DNA of 63,721 bases, the filler included, from Aduncisulcus paluster (lineage: Eukaryota): NCBI GenBank assembly GCA_024181965.1. It is 11 parts of 11 records of this genome, joined end to end, with 100 filler letters (N's around TTAATTAATTAA, not from the genome) between each part and the next. Parts side by side here need not be neighbours in the genome. Positions count along the whole stretch, not along the records: positions 1 to 2,222 come from BQXS01011611.1; positions 2,323 to 18,618 come from BQXS01011612.1; 9 more parts are not named here. One strand, written 5' to 3'. Below, piece by piece: positions 1 to 10,301 of the stretch (positions within the stretch are counted from its first letter, which is position 1; the number at the start of each line of letters is the position of its first letter). The notes under the pieces were generated by a model. That model was not told the DNA's origin. It saw nothing but the letters and a program-made list of their open reading frames with translations, and searched no databases. The position numbers and the translations under genes were made by a program.

Positions 1-2220
1 AACTCTGATTTCTTCGTCTTGGATCATAATTTCCAAATCCTTCTCGTGTTTTCTGTATAGTTTGAGTCTCTGATTCTCCATAAATAGCTGGACATTCTTT
101 GGAACAATGACCAACATAGAATGGAAGACGGAAGCAGAGAACGAGAGAAAAGAAGGAGAAGGAGAAGGAAATGAAGAAAGGGAAGCAAAAACAAGGGTCA
201 GTAAATGTGATGACGGGGCAGATAAGTTCGAAAAGAACATGTAAGATTCGCCCAAAACACCTCGATACTGCTCGATATCGGCCTTCCATTCCATGTTGTG
301 CAGAGCAAATGATGACACTGCAACGATGCATTTTGATATCATTTTTTCATTGACATCCATCGGTAAGGAGACATCATTCATCAGTTCAATGGTAGAACTC
401 GATGGAGAAGAGGAAGGAGCATGAGATGGAGGCTGAGCATGGCTTGCAAATAAAGAACTATCTCCGAGAGAACTTAAAGGAAGAGAGGATTGATCAGATC
501 TCCCACTCGTCATTCTTCCTCGTCTCACATTTCGTGCTCTATCTGTCCGAGATTCACGAGAAGCCCGACCTCTCTCCCTCTCCCGATACCTTTCACGCTC
601 TCGTTGTGTTTCTTTCTCTCTCCATATCTTCACAACATCCTTACAGCTCTCGATGAGCACAGGAATGGATGAAAAACATCCAGGAGAATGGGTCAACAGA
701 GATACAAGTGAAGCAAAGAGTAAAGAGGATGTTTGAGGGGAGATTAAGGAAAATAATGAACATTGGGGGGATAAAAAACCTGGGAGGACCGAAGAGGCTA
801 CCATGGAATCATCCATAGAGGAATGGATATGTCTTGAAACGCCATTCTTCAGGGTCAGAATGATATCAGAACTCTCTTTCACATCATCTTTTCTCTCTTT
901 CCTTCGGCCACGTGCTCGAGGTTGCTGAACAACTCTTTGTGGCATTGACAAGTCTGACCCATCAAAGCCTTGGAAAGCTCCATATAATTGCCAACCTTCA
1001 GTAATACAGCGAATGACGCATACGTACATGAATGAAGCAATTGGAAACTCATAAGACACACAAAGCGAGAGATAAAATGAAAGTATTGAGGGTGAAATAC
1101 TTCGTTTGATCGAGACTCTATCTTTGATGGTGTCTTTATGTTTAGGTTTGACAGAGTCATTGGTAGACGATGGCGTTGAGGACAGTAAACTCGGTTTATC
1201 AAGCCTGGAAACCCATTTATCGGCTTCATTTAGCTTTAATTTCTGGACATGATCTTTCATTCTCCCGAGAACAAGAGACTCTATTTCTTTTTTCCATTTT
1301 TCACATGAATTTCTCACTTCAAATGATGAAGAAAGCTCATTGCTCGTACGAACAGCACTACAAATCACATCTTTAGCAATTCCCATACATTTCTCACAAT
1401 CGATACCCTCATTACAGACAAATAGAGAGGATAATATACAGTGGAGATGTGATGAAAACTTATGAGTGGATGATATCGAAATGCCTGACTTTTCCTGTTC
1501 TTGAGAAACGATAGAAGCCTCATTCCCTATTGGAAACTCACATCCAAACCCTTTTCCGCCCTTCATAACAACACTCATAGCTTGGGAATAAGCCTGAAAT
1601 CCCAACTCAGATCGAACATGAGACGAGGAATGAAGCAAAATATGGGCAAGAGAAGACCCATTAAAATGTAAGAGATGAGAAGACAATGGAAGCAAGGAAG
1701 ACACCCTATTTGGATGGCTTGAAGCAGCGATGGGATGAACGCTGTGAAGAGAAGGAGGATATGTCCAACAAAGAATGCAAACGTAGATCATCAATTGCCT
1801 CAAAAGAGCAACACTTTCACCTGAAATTGGAGGAGAACGAACAAACAATGCAGAACAAAGCTGAACACAGAGACCATCAGGGTGTATTTTGGAGGATATA
1901 GGCAGAGAACGAGCAAGGGAGAGAGATAAGGAGATAAAATGGGGTATGAGTTGAGTTATAGCAGATGAAGATGACACTGACAAATGTTTGCGACGTTTTA
2001 CACGCATTTTGAGACTAGACTGGCGTTCATTTCCCTTGAATCGTTTTTTTCGAGATTTTTGAATAAATAGTGATGGACCAAGACCGGGATTACTGGGTAC
2101 ATTGGTCAATGGTTGATATGAAGAAATAGAATCTTTCCTTGTACTTGGGATGGCTGTGCAATCTTGGGGGGGGCAATATAGCTTTGTTGGATGTTCAAGG
2201 GAAGTCAGGCCATAATTGGA
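1..2220 (-). CDS. Hypothetical Ser-rich protein, internal fragment (~740 codons, open at both scaffold ends)
   Basis: Manual translation of the minus-strand frame ending at base 1 showed no stop in the segments read (1-1500 and 1921-2220), e.g. SNYGLTSLEHPTKLYC... through ...LYRKHEKDLEIMIQDEEIRV. Not in the ORF track because it has no stop inside the window. Confidence 0.8.
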
Positions 2221-2222
2221 AG

Positions 2223-2322
2223 NNNNNNNNNNNNNNNNNNNNNNNNNNNNNNNNNNNNNNNNNNNNTTAATTAATTAANNNNNNNNNNNNNNNNNNNNNN
2301 NNNNNNNNNNNNNNNNNNNNNN
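2223..2322. other. Artificial scaffold linker (N44-TTAATTAATTAA-N44)
   Basis: The identical 100-nt linker recurs at 18619, 20818, 24803, 39357, 46608, 49789, 52543, 59198 and 61853. Its core gives stops in all six frames. Confidence 0.98.
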
Positions 2323-2810
2323 GTGGCAATAAGTTGTTGCCGCAACTGTCTATCAAACTCCCTATCTTCAATATCGGTAATAGACGTAGTTTGAGCATTT
2401 TGAATGGTGGAATATATCGGAGAAGTATCAACGGATTCTTCTACTTTGGTGGAATAAAGGGGTTCTTCAAGAATAGTACAGTCTCTTTGATCTTCGTCAT
2501 TCTGAGTCAGAGTTTCTGTAGGATTGTCTTGAACAGAACCTTCGACACTTTTGTCAATCATATCTTCCTTCTTCTCTTCAATTTGCTCACTATCATCAGA
2601 AAAAGCATCACGAATGGATTGCTCTTCCTCAACTTCTTTTTCTTCCATAACTACGGGTTTATCCGAATCAATACCGAGTGAAACATCATCAATATGTGGG
2701 TTTTCTATCTCTTTCATTTCCCCTACATCAATTACCAAATCGATCTTACCAGTATTAACAGTATGAACACTCTCAAATTGAGTGGAATTGTTTTCTTCCT
2801 GTATATTCAT
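2323..2810 (-). CDS. Acidic hypothetical protein, 3'-truncated
   Basis: ATG at 2810 after an AT-rich intergenic region; D/E-rich ORF runs into the linker. Confidence 0.7.
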
Positions 2811-3082
2811 CTTAGTTAGTTAGATGTTAATCAAATTACAATATAATATATGTCCTAAAAGACGTCTAATGTGGGCCAAGAATGGAAATTTTCAAAAGAT
2901 TTTGAAACAATATTTATAAATCAAATATTGAAAAAAATTGCACAAATAATTCAGAGAATTCCACATTTCTTAATTTATTGTAAGAATGAATCAAGTAGAT
3001 TATGGTTGTGTGCAGTTTTCCGAGTTTCCACAACATAAATTATAACCACAGTATCTAATTTAGAATTTTTGATCTATCATAT

Positions 3083-3874
3083 ATGCTGTCTTTTCAATAT
3101 TCTTCCCCAAAAACATTTGTTTCTCTGTCTAGAGAAGATGATGACTTGGAGAGGCTATTATCAGAAGCAGAAATAGATAAAGAATTAGAAGAATCACACT
3201 TGCGATCACGTATCCGAAATGCAGATAGAGATGTTCATACAAGACGAATTAGGAGTGAAATGCAAAAATTGATGGGTAAACTCTCAATTCAGGAGAAAGA
3301 ATTTGCAAGAAAACTTCGATATGCTGAAGAAATGCAATGCGTACCTGATAATATGATTCAAATGATTAAACGAATTGATTCCATTCCTGTAGAAGTTGAA
3401 GCCTCTACGCATATGAAGGATCGGGCTCTTCATCGTAAAACTCTGTTAGATGAATCCCAATCTGAATTTATTAAACATAATTATTACCATTTAAATTGTA
3501 TTTTGAGAAGAATATCTCATTATAGAGAAATTTTGTCCAAGTATGAAAAAGAAAAATCCAAACGGATTGGATTGCGCGATCTTTTATCATCAGAAGAACC
3601 AATAGCTGAAAAACCTCGCAAAATCGAATTTGATGAAATAATTCAAGGTAAAGAATGTTTGGAAAGATTCGAGGAGCTTCAAGATCTTAAATTACGACAT
3701 ATTGATAAATCAAGGAAATATTCAGAATTAATGAGTCAAATAATATCAAAATATAGGAAAATTGATTCTTCTTCCACCATTCTTTCCTCTATTGAAGAAT
3801 ATACCGAACTTTTTGGAAAATATATGGGTGAAAAGGTCAATGAAATTATTCAAAATATTATTCAACAAAAATAA
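3083..3874 (+). CDS. Coiled-coil hypothetical protein (263 aa)
   Basis: ATG-to-TAA ORF flanked by AT-rich spacers; E/K/R/L-rich helical composition. Confidence 0.75.
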   Translation: MLSFQYSSPKTFVSLSREDDDLERLLSEAEIDKELEESHLRSRIRNADRDVHTRRIRSEMQKLMGKLSIQEKEFARKLRYAEEMQCVPDNMIQMIKRIDSIPVEVEASTHMKDRALHRKTLLDESQSEFIKHNYYHLNCILRRISHYREILSKYEKEKSKRIGLRDLLSSEEPIAEKPRKIEFDEIIQGKECLERFEELQDLKLRHIDKSRKYSELMSQIISKYRKIDSSSTILSSIEEYTELFGKYMGEKVNEIIQNIIQQK

Positions 3875-3985
3875 TAATATACAATAAATAAAAATATCCA
3901 ATCTTATCCGTGTAATACGTATTTATTTAAGACTTCTAAACAAAACTAAGTTTTAGTCGCCTTTTAGATGAAAAATAACAATATT

Positions 3986-4403
3986 TTAACCTTCCTGAAC
4001 GTCGTCTTCATATGAATCATCATAATATTCATGGAAACTTTCTTCTTTATCCTGTTCATCAACAATCTCTGTCTGAACACGACCATCTTCCACCATTCCA
4101 TCATATTCCACCATTCCATCTCCTTGTTCGATATGATATTCTCCTTGCGGATCATCTGTTCCATTCACACTTTGTGCATATAAATATTCAACGTCTCCTT
4201 CTTCCTCCTCTCCTTCTCCAAGGAACTCAGATGGAGGTGGAAGTTGACTCGGTTCCACAAGATCCTCAGCCCTCAACTCTGAGTCTTTCTCCCTATATTC
4301 TTCCTGATATGTCGACAAATTGGTCGTTTCATCTTGCATGCCATAACCATAATAATCCCCATCTTCTCCCTCCCTCTCCCTCTCTCTTCCTCCCTCTCCT
4401 TCT

Positions 4404-4435
<32 letters not shown>

Positions 4436-6754
4436 ATCGTCGTCGTCTGAATGAACGTTGGTTATTATCCTGCAAAAACTCATACCATTTCGATCAAACA
4501 ATCCCCAGATATCTCGAGTAAGGTTGAACACAGAGAAATCGTGGACATAGTCCTCCAATGTGNNNNNNNNNNNNNNNNNNNNTCTCCTTGTTCGATATGA
4601 TATTCTCCTTGCGGATCATCTGTTCCATTCACACTTTGTGCATATAAATATTCAACGTCTCCTTCTTCCTCCTCTCCTTCTCCAAGGAACTCAGATGGAG
4701 GTGGAAGTTGACTCGGTTCCACAAGATCCTCAGCCCTCAACTCTGAGTCTTTCTCCCTATATTCTTCCTGATATGTCGACAAATTGGTCGTTTCATCTTG
4801 CATGCCATAACCATAATAATCCCCATCTTCTCCCTCCCTCTCCCTCTCTCTTCCTCCCTCTCCTTCTTCTTCTTCCTCTTCTTCTTCTTCTTCTTCATCG
4901 TCGTCGTCTGAATGAACGTTGGTTATTATCCTGCAAAAACTCATACCATTTCGATCAAACAATCCCCAGATATCTCGAGTAAGGTTGAACACAGAGAAAT
5001 CGTGGACATAGTCCTCCAATGTGCAAAAGGCATCAACAGACGTCGACGGATGCACAATATAGAGGGCTCCAGCATCACCCAAGAATCCAATGATCTCTCC
5101 TTCTTCTCCCTCGTCCTCCCCTGACGACAAGTCAGTGTTATAGCAACTATCTTCTTGCTTATCCGAGTAATGGGATAGCAAAACACAACCGTACGTGGGA
5201 ATACCCATGAACATTGGACAGTAGGTATCTGTGATGGAGGTCGTGGCAAGGATTTGGGAGTACATGGTTCGAAGATTTGGTGGAAGTTCATCAGCAAAAT
5301 GGATAATTACTTCATCAATCTTCATATTCTTCTTATTTCCAAAAATAGAATCAGTGTGTGAGAGATGTTTCTCAAGAGGAATAATTATAGGTTCATGGAA
5401 TTTTGAAGGAAATGGATTAAATAGGAACATAAATGGGGTGCTTTCTCTTGATTCTCCATTATAAAGGACAAACAAGGCCCGGTTTCGATACGAATTCTTT
5501 AGCAATGAAATAGAATCACACCGTAAAGCCTCAATAAAATAAGATATAACATAATTCAACCGGACAGACATATGATTGAATACAGATATCATAGACTGAA
5601 AGAAAGACAACGTTTGTTTGTGTTTCTTATGCCTTTTCTTCTCCTTTCGAATCGTTTTCTTGGCTGAATTAGACTTATATTCTATCCCACGAAGGGTATG
5701 CACTTCGTTCATTCGGAAACTTTCTTTCTCGTGATCTATATCGGTCATAATTGTTTTAATTTCTTTCTCGATCAATAATTTAAGCTTTGAGAGATCTTCT
5801 AAAATTCTCTGAATTTCGAGTCTTACAGGAACCTTAATGAATCTGTTATGTTTGATTGAATATACAAGGAAATACTCATGCGAATCCTCAGGAAACACAA
5901 CACAATACTCCTTGTTATCTTTCTTAATCCCATCTCCCCTTGTCCTTTCTCTCTCTCTCTCTCTCTCTCTCTTCGTCATCTTCATCTTCATCATCATTCT
6001 TAACTTCTCTGTGAATGATGGCATAAATATTATTTGCAATATCACACGGCACTCTACATATTTCCTTTGTCTCTAGATGCATCGTGGATGTCTTTGGATA
6101 TTCATGACTAACCAATAATGAGCTGGAAGAGGGGTGGAAAGATAGGTGGGCAGTCAATGGAGGAATATGAGACTTGCTCTCGAATCTAGATGACTCTAGG
6201 GAAGAGAAGTTCTGGCCAGGGACCGACAAGGGAAGGGAACGTGGGTGGGTCTTTTTGGAAAGAGGTTTCCGCTTCGATCTATAACATTTCAATACAGCTT
6301 CTCCTAAAGAAGGAGGGAAGCATAAAAGATCTCTACCAATGACTATGGGGACCATATTATCAACAGGAAAGCCTAAATCGTGATTAATCACGTAAATGGT
6401 TTTAGAATCGAAATATACAACGAAAAACCTTTTTTGATTTACAATGAAAAGAGAATGATGTTTTTTTGAATAAAATATATTTAAAAATGATGTAAATTTA
6501 GGAATTGTAGGGAAATCAACCCGCCTAGGGTCAGTAATAGCAATAGAACCAACACAATGGGCATCATGCTCTTCATGAAGAAAAGAACCGATCAAACCAC
6601 CATAATCATCAATTGGATCAATAATATCAATATCAACAATTTCTTTTTCTTCAGTTTTACCTGTATTCGACGATAATGATGGAGGAGCAGAAGATATTTT
6701 TGCAGACGGCGATGATGGACGAATTGTCAATATTGAGGATTGTTTACACCCCAT
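3986..6754 (-). CDS. Hypothetical protein with N-terminal MGC dual-acylation motif and acidic C-terminus (~770 aa after correcting a frameshift and a gap duplication)
   Basis: ORF 6754..5924 (MGCKQS...) and ORF 6045..4583 join in frame if one GA unit is added to the repeat at 5949-5972. Segment 4119..4562 is duplicated at 4583..5023 across a 20-N gap. Stop at 3986. Confidence 0.65.
4119..5023. repeat. Gap-flanking duplication (444 vs 441 bp), probable unmerged overlap
   Basis: 4119..4562 matches 4583..5023 except for one TTC unit; 20 N lie between them. Confidence 0.9.
5949..5972. repeat. (CT)12 / (GA)12 microsatellite inside coding sequence
   Basis: Read directly; encodes ER repeats in both overlapping frames. 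Confidence 0.95.
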
Positions 6755-6933
6755 AAAATAATTATTAAACTAAATTTATCTATAAATGTTGAAGTAATAT
6801 TCGACAATGCCAAGAAAACGATAAATTCATTGGAAACTCCTTTTCCACAAACATATTATCCATCTTTGATCTTAATTTTGCATTTATATTAATATTAATG
6901 CTTTATTATTGTAAAAATCTTTCCATGAATTCA

Positions 6934-7002
6934 TCTGTGCAGCCTGCACTACAACGGTACTACCGTACTGTACTAGTAGTACCATATAAAGTGTACAACA
7001 GA
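6934..7002 (+). ncRNA. Candidate structured RNA (H/ACA-like hairpin)
   Basis: Lower stem TGCACT/AGTGTA, internal loop ACAAC/ATATAA, upper stem GGTACTAC/GTAGTACC, and ACA 14 nt after the upper stem. Strand is not certain. Confidence 0.3.
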
Positions 7003-7022
7003 AGTTTATTTCCTCACAATAA

Positions 7023-7910
7023 CTATTTTTCCTCTTTCTTTTCCTCATCTTCCTTTTTCTCCTCCTTTTCCTCATGATATTCGGCAAAGAGACTTGTGAA
7101 ACATTCGTCACGAGAAGTACCTATTTCATACTCGACGACGTCAACATCGGTTGGGATAAGAGAAGAAGATGGAACGCATAAACAGGATCCAGTTGCCCTA
7201 TTTCTAAGTCTAACAATGCAATCCTTGATAAAATGGCCCTTCATATCAGCCCTATACTTCTTTCCAGGGAATTCAAGAATCCAACGAGTGTACCGAGATG
7301 AGAAAGCCGCGACTACTTCACCACGTGGACTGTGCATGGTTGGAGGTTCAACAGCGAGGCGAACATTTCCAAGACCAAGTTCTTCACCACCTACAAGCTC
7401 GAATTCAACCTCATCTCCATATCTGAGAGGGACAGTGTCTTCAACCTTACCGTCGCTTCCAAGAAGAACCTGAGAAGCAGGTAAACCAGGTTGGGTTGAA
7501 GAGAAAAGAGAAGCAGCGGTGGAAAGAGCTTTCCCAAGTTCACGACTTTCTCTGCGAACAATTCTCCAAGCATTTCTAAAGGAAGGAAATAATTGAGACG
7601 TAGATCTAAGCTTTTGACCCTCTAAAGTAATACTTTTTTGGATATCACCATCAATACAGACACAACAAGGAGTTAACCCCTCCTTATGTACCATTAATAG
7701 GACAATATCACCAAGACATATCGTGTCAGGGCGTTGTTTCTTTAATATTACAGGTTTGTGGGTAAGAACACCACTATGGAAGCGCTCAAATGTTTTTAAA
7801 GCGAACTTATCACGTTTTTCGATAAATTTTTGAACTTCCTCCTCAAATAAAACTCTTTCTTCCCAATAGTTCCCTATCATGCATGGTGTAGCGCGTGTTG
7901 GAAGTTTCAT
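7023..7910 (-). CDS. CFAP161: Cilia- and flagella-associated protein 161-like
   Basis: N-terminal IGNYWEERVLFEEEVQKFIEKRDK resembles the CFAP161 IGNWxEDxxLEEExxKxFLEKRDK motif; LRYGD and RLRNRATGSCL segments are consistent. ATG at 7910 preferred over TTG at 8003. Confidence 0.7.
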   Translation of the reverse strand: MKLPTRATPCMIGNYWEERVLFEEEVQKFIEKRDKFALKTFERFHSGVLTHKPVILKKQRPDTICLGDIVLLMVHKEGLTPCCVCIDGDIQKSITLEGQKLRSTSQLFPSFRNAWRIVRRESRELGKALSTAASLFSSTQPGLPASQVLLGSDGKVEDTVPLRYGDEVEFELVGGEELGLGNVRLAVEPPTMHSPRGEVVAAFSSRYTRWILEFPGKKYRADMKGHFIKDCIVRLRNRATGSCLCVPSSSLIPTDVDVVEYEIGTSRDECFTSLFAEYHEEKEEKKEDEEKKEEK

Positions 7911-8122
7911 TGTTGTAATCTCAGGAAAATGGTGTCGATTTTGGTGGCATGCTATGTAGGCGGAGTTCAGATCACAATTCAATAAATTAAGGCATAAATT
8001 CAATTAAATCACCAATATTAATAAAATAATCAATTACAAAATCCCCATAAATCTTAAAATTTACCAGCCAATATTTTCATCCATAGAAGATACAAGGTGG
8101 AAAAAAAAGTCATTTGATTTTA

Positions 8123-8866
8123 CTATTCGTTGAAAAATTCCATTTCTATGGCTTTATCAAGGTCCATCATCAATTCATCTGGCATTTCTTCTTTGATAGC
8201 AAAAACTTCTTTTATGACTTCAATCTCAGTACCAGTGGTTTTAGTTCCAACAAATACTTTATCATCACATGCCACAAGTCCTGATCCAACAAGCTCACTT
8301 CCAGCATTAACAGTTCCAGCACGGACAGAAACACCGAATATTTTAGCAAGTTCTCTTTGTTCAACAATAGGAGTAAGAGGATGGACCAAAGCACCTTTGT
8401 TGGTTACTTTACAGAAGGTTCCCACAAGACTTTCACCTGCAACAAGTTTTGTACAGACAGAAACCTCGAGAGTCTCTTCAATAAGTTTAACAGTGGATTC
8501 ACTAAGAATAGGAGAGCAAATGGCATGCGAATCGTTACAAGCAATAAGATTTCCGAGAGCAGTATATTTCTCATCGGATTTTACAACTTTAACATTTTCT
8601 GGCATTTCAGCAGCTATTCTTTCAAATTCCGAATCTTTTGTTGTACTTGGAAGAATTAATCCATGACTATTACCACAGCAAAGCCTTCCAATAATTGAAC
8701 ACTCTGCAACTGACGTTGATATAATGGGGATTTTTCCTGAAAGTTCGCTCTCAAATACCGCCCTAAAAGGTGGAGGAGCAAGATCAGACATTAAACAATA
8801 TGTATTTGTAAGGAGAGAATATACACCAATTTCACTAGACGATTCATAACGCACTCTTTGGGCCAT
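8123..8866 (-). CDS. EIF6: Eukaryotic translation initiation factor 6
   Basis: MAQRVRYESSSEIGVYSLLTNTYCL, IIGRLCCGNSHGLILP, ALGNLIACND, TNKGALVHP, AGTVNAGSELVGSG and TTGTEIEVI are eIF6 signatures. Start at 8866. Confidence 0.97.
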   Translation of the reverse strand: MAQRVRYESSSEIGVYSLLTNTYCLMSDLAPPPFRAVFESELSGKIPIISTSVAECSIIGRLCCGNSHGLILPSTTKDSEFERIAAEMPENVKVVKSDEKYTALGNLIACNDSHAICSPILSESTVKLIEETLEVSVCTKLVAGESLVGTFCKVTNKGALVHPLTPIVEQRELAKIFGVSVRAGTVNAGSELVGSGLVACDDKVFVGTKTTGTEIEVIKEVFAIKEEMPDELMMDLDKAIEMEFFNE

Positions 8867-9340
8867 TTGTTTATATAGATATAAAGATAAATCAGAAACA
8901 GAAAGAGATAAATAAAGATGCAAACTTAATAAATTAAATCTCCCTTAGGAAGCTTGACAAAAAAGTCAGATTGGAAACCAACAACTCATGTTGTTCTTCT
9001 TGTTCCGACTCGGCACTTCATTACTCTGAGCCTATTTCAAAAGAAATAATAATAGTTGGACAAAACATGTTTATATTTAACTGAATCTTTTATTATATAC
9101 ATAGTTTTCATGAAATATTTGCTAATTCATGAGATAATCCGCTCGAATCCAATTTGGGCCAACCAAGTAAAAACAACTTAAAATTGAAATGTCTATTATT
9201 TTATTTTCACCAATGATCAAGATAAATGATAATGATATTTCTAGTAAAACGAAAATAACCAATATTTTGGAAGGCAAGCTTATTTTCTGCAAATATAATA
9301 TATTTTCAACTCAATAACTTGATATTTTTGTCTTTCAAAG

Positions 9341-10141
9341 ATGCTTCCATTATCTAGTGCCCTTAAAAGAGAACAAAGTTTTGTAAAAGAGAGGGATCAG
9401 AGAATTCAAGAAATAGAATCCCATTTCGCAGCTGAGGCCGCGGCTTTAAATGATAAAATCAGATCTTTAGAAGGTCAGCTTGAATATCAACAACGTAGTC
9501 ATGCTCTTCAACTTAAAGATTTAGCTGAAAAACGTAGGAGTGCACAAGTAATGATTGACGATTTCAAGAAGGACACTGAAAAGGAAAAAAAGGAATTACG
9601 TCAAGAAAATAGAAAGCTTAAGCTCCAACTTTCCCGGACAAAGCAAGCATATGAAAAAGTAGTCAAAGATAATCAATCTCTCCGTCATTCTTTGGAAACT
9701 GAAGCTGAGACTCCAATCCACCGTGTTCAAGAATTACAGCTATCTCTTGAAAAATGTATAGCTATAAATACTAAGCTTAGGGGTGAACTTGGCAAGGTTA
9801 AGAGAGGTGTCATTTCGGCTGATGGCCAAATGCGCCAAGTTGTCGGAATGGTCGACTCATTTACCTCATCTGTGCGCAGTGCTAAGGTTCTAGGGAGGGT
9901 GGATATCCCTGTTCAGCATGAGATTGAGACTCTCTCAAAGACCCTTATCGACAGTGTGACTCTTTTGGATGATACCATTGGAAAACATGCCCTGGCAGCA
10001 GGAGGTGGCTGTAAGCAACCTGATAAATACCGCGAAATCAAAAAGGCCCTATCAATCGAAGAGAAAGATGCTCCTTTACTTGATGATTATGCCGAATCTA
10101 CTGAATTTGGATTTGGAACACCTCCTTCAAAACATATCTAA
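9341..10141 (+). CDS. Coiled-coil hypothetical protein (266 aa)
   Basis: Complete ORF with long heptad-like E/K/Q/L region. Confidence 0.8.
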   Translation: MLPLSSALKREQSFVKERDQRIQEIESHFAAEAAALNDKIRSLEGQLEYQQRSHALQLKDLAEKRRSAQVMIDDFKKDTEKEKKELRQENRKLKLQLSRTKQAYEKVVKDNQSLRHSLETEAETPIHRVQELQLSLEKCIAINTKLRGELGKVKRGVISADGQMRQVVGMVDSFTSSVRSAKVLGRVDIPVQHEIETLSKTLIDSVTLLDDTIGKHALAAGGGCKQPDKYREIKKALSIEEKDAPLLDDYAESTEFGFGTPPSKHI

Positions 10142-10249
10142 GAGGTGTATTGCGATATATTGTAATAAAATAATTATATGAATATTATTCATTGAATAAA
10201 TAATAAATTATTAACAATGTTATTTAAACATTAATAATATAGATCTAAA

Positions 10250-10297
10250 ATCAATTATATACAGAAATAATCAATTATATGCAGAAATAATCAATTA
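10250..10297. repeat. 20-bp tandem repeat (~2.4 copies) between convergent genes
   Basis: ATCAATTATAT(A/G)CAGAAATA repeated. Confidence 0.7.
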
Positions 10298-10301
10298 AAT
10301 C

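Noticed and set aside
8945..9035. GC-richer island upstream of eIF6 as a C/D snoRNA
   Set aside because: CTGA boxes are present on both strands but there is no convincing RTGATGA box C or terminal stem.
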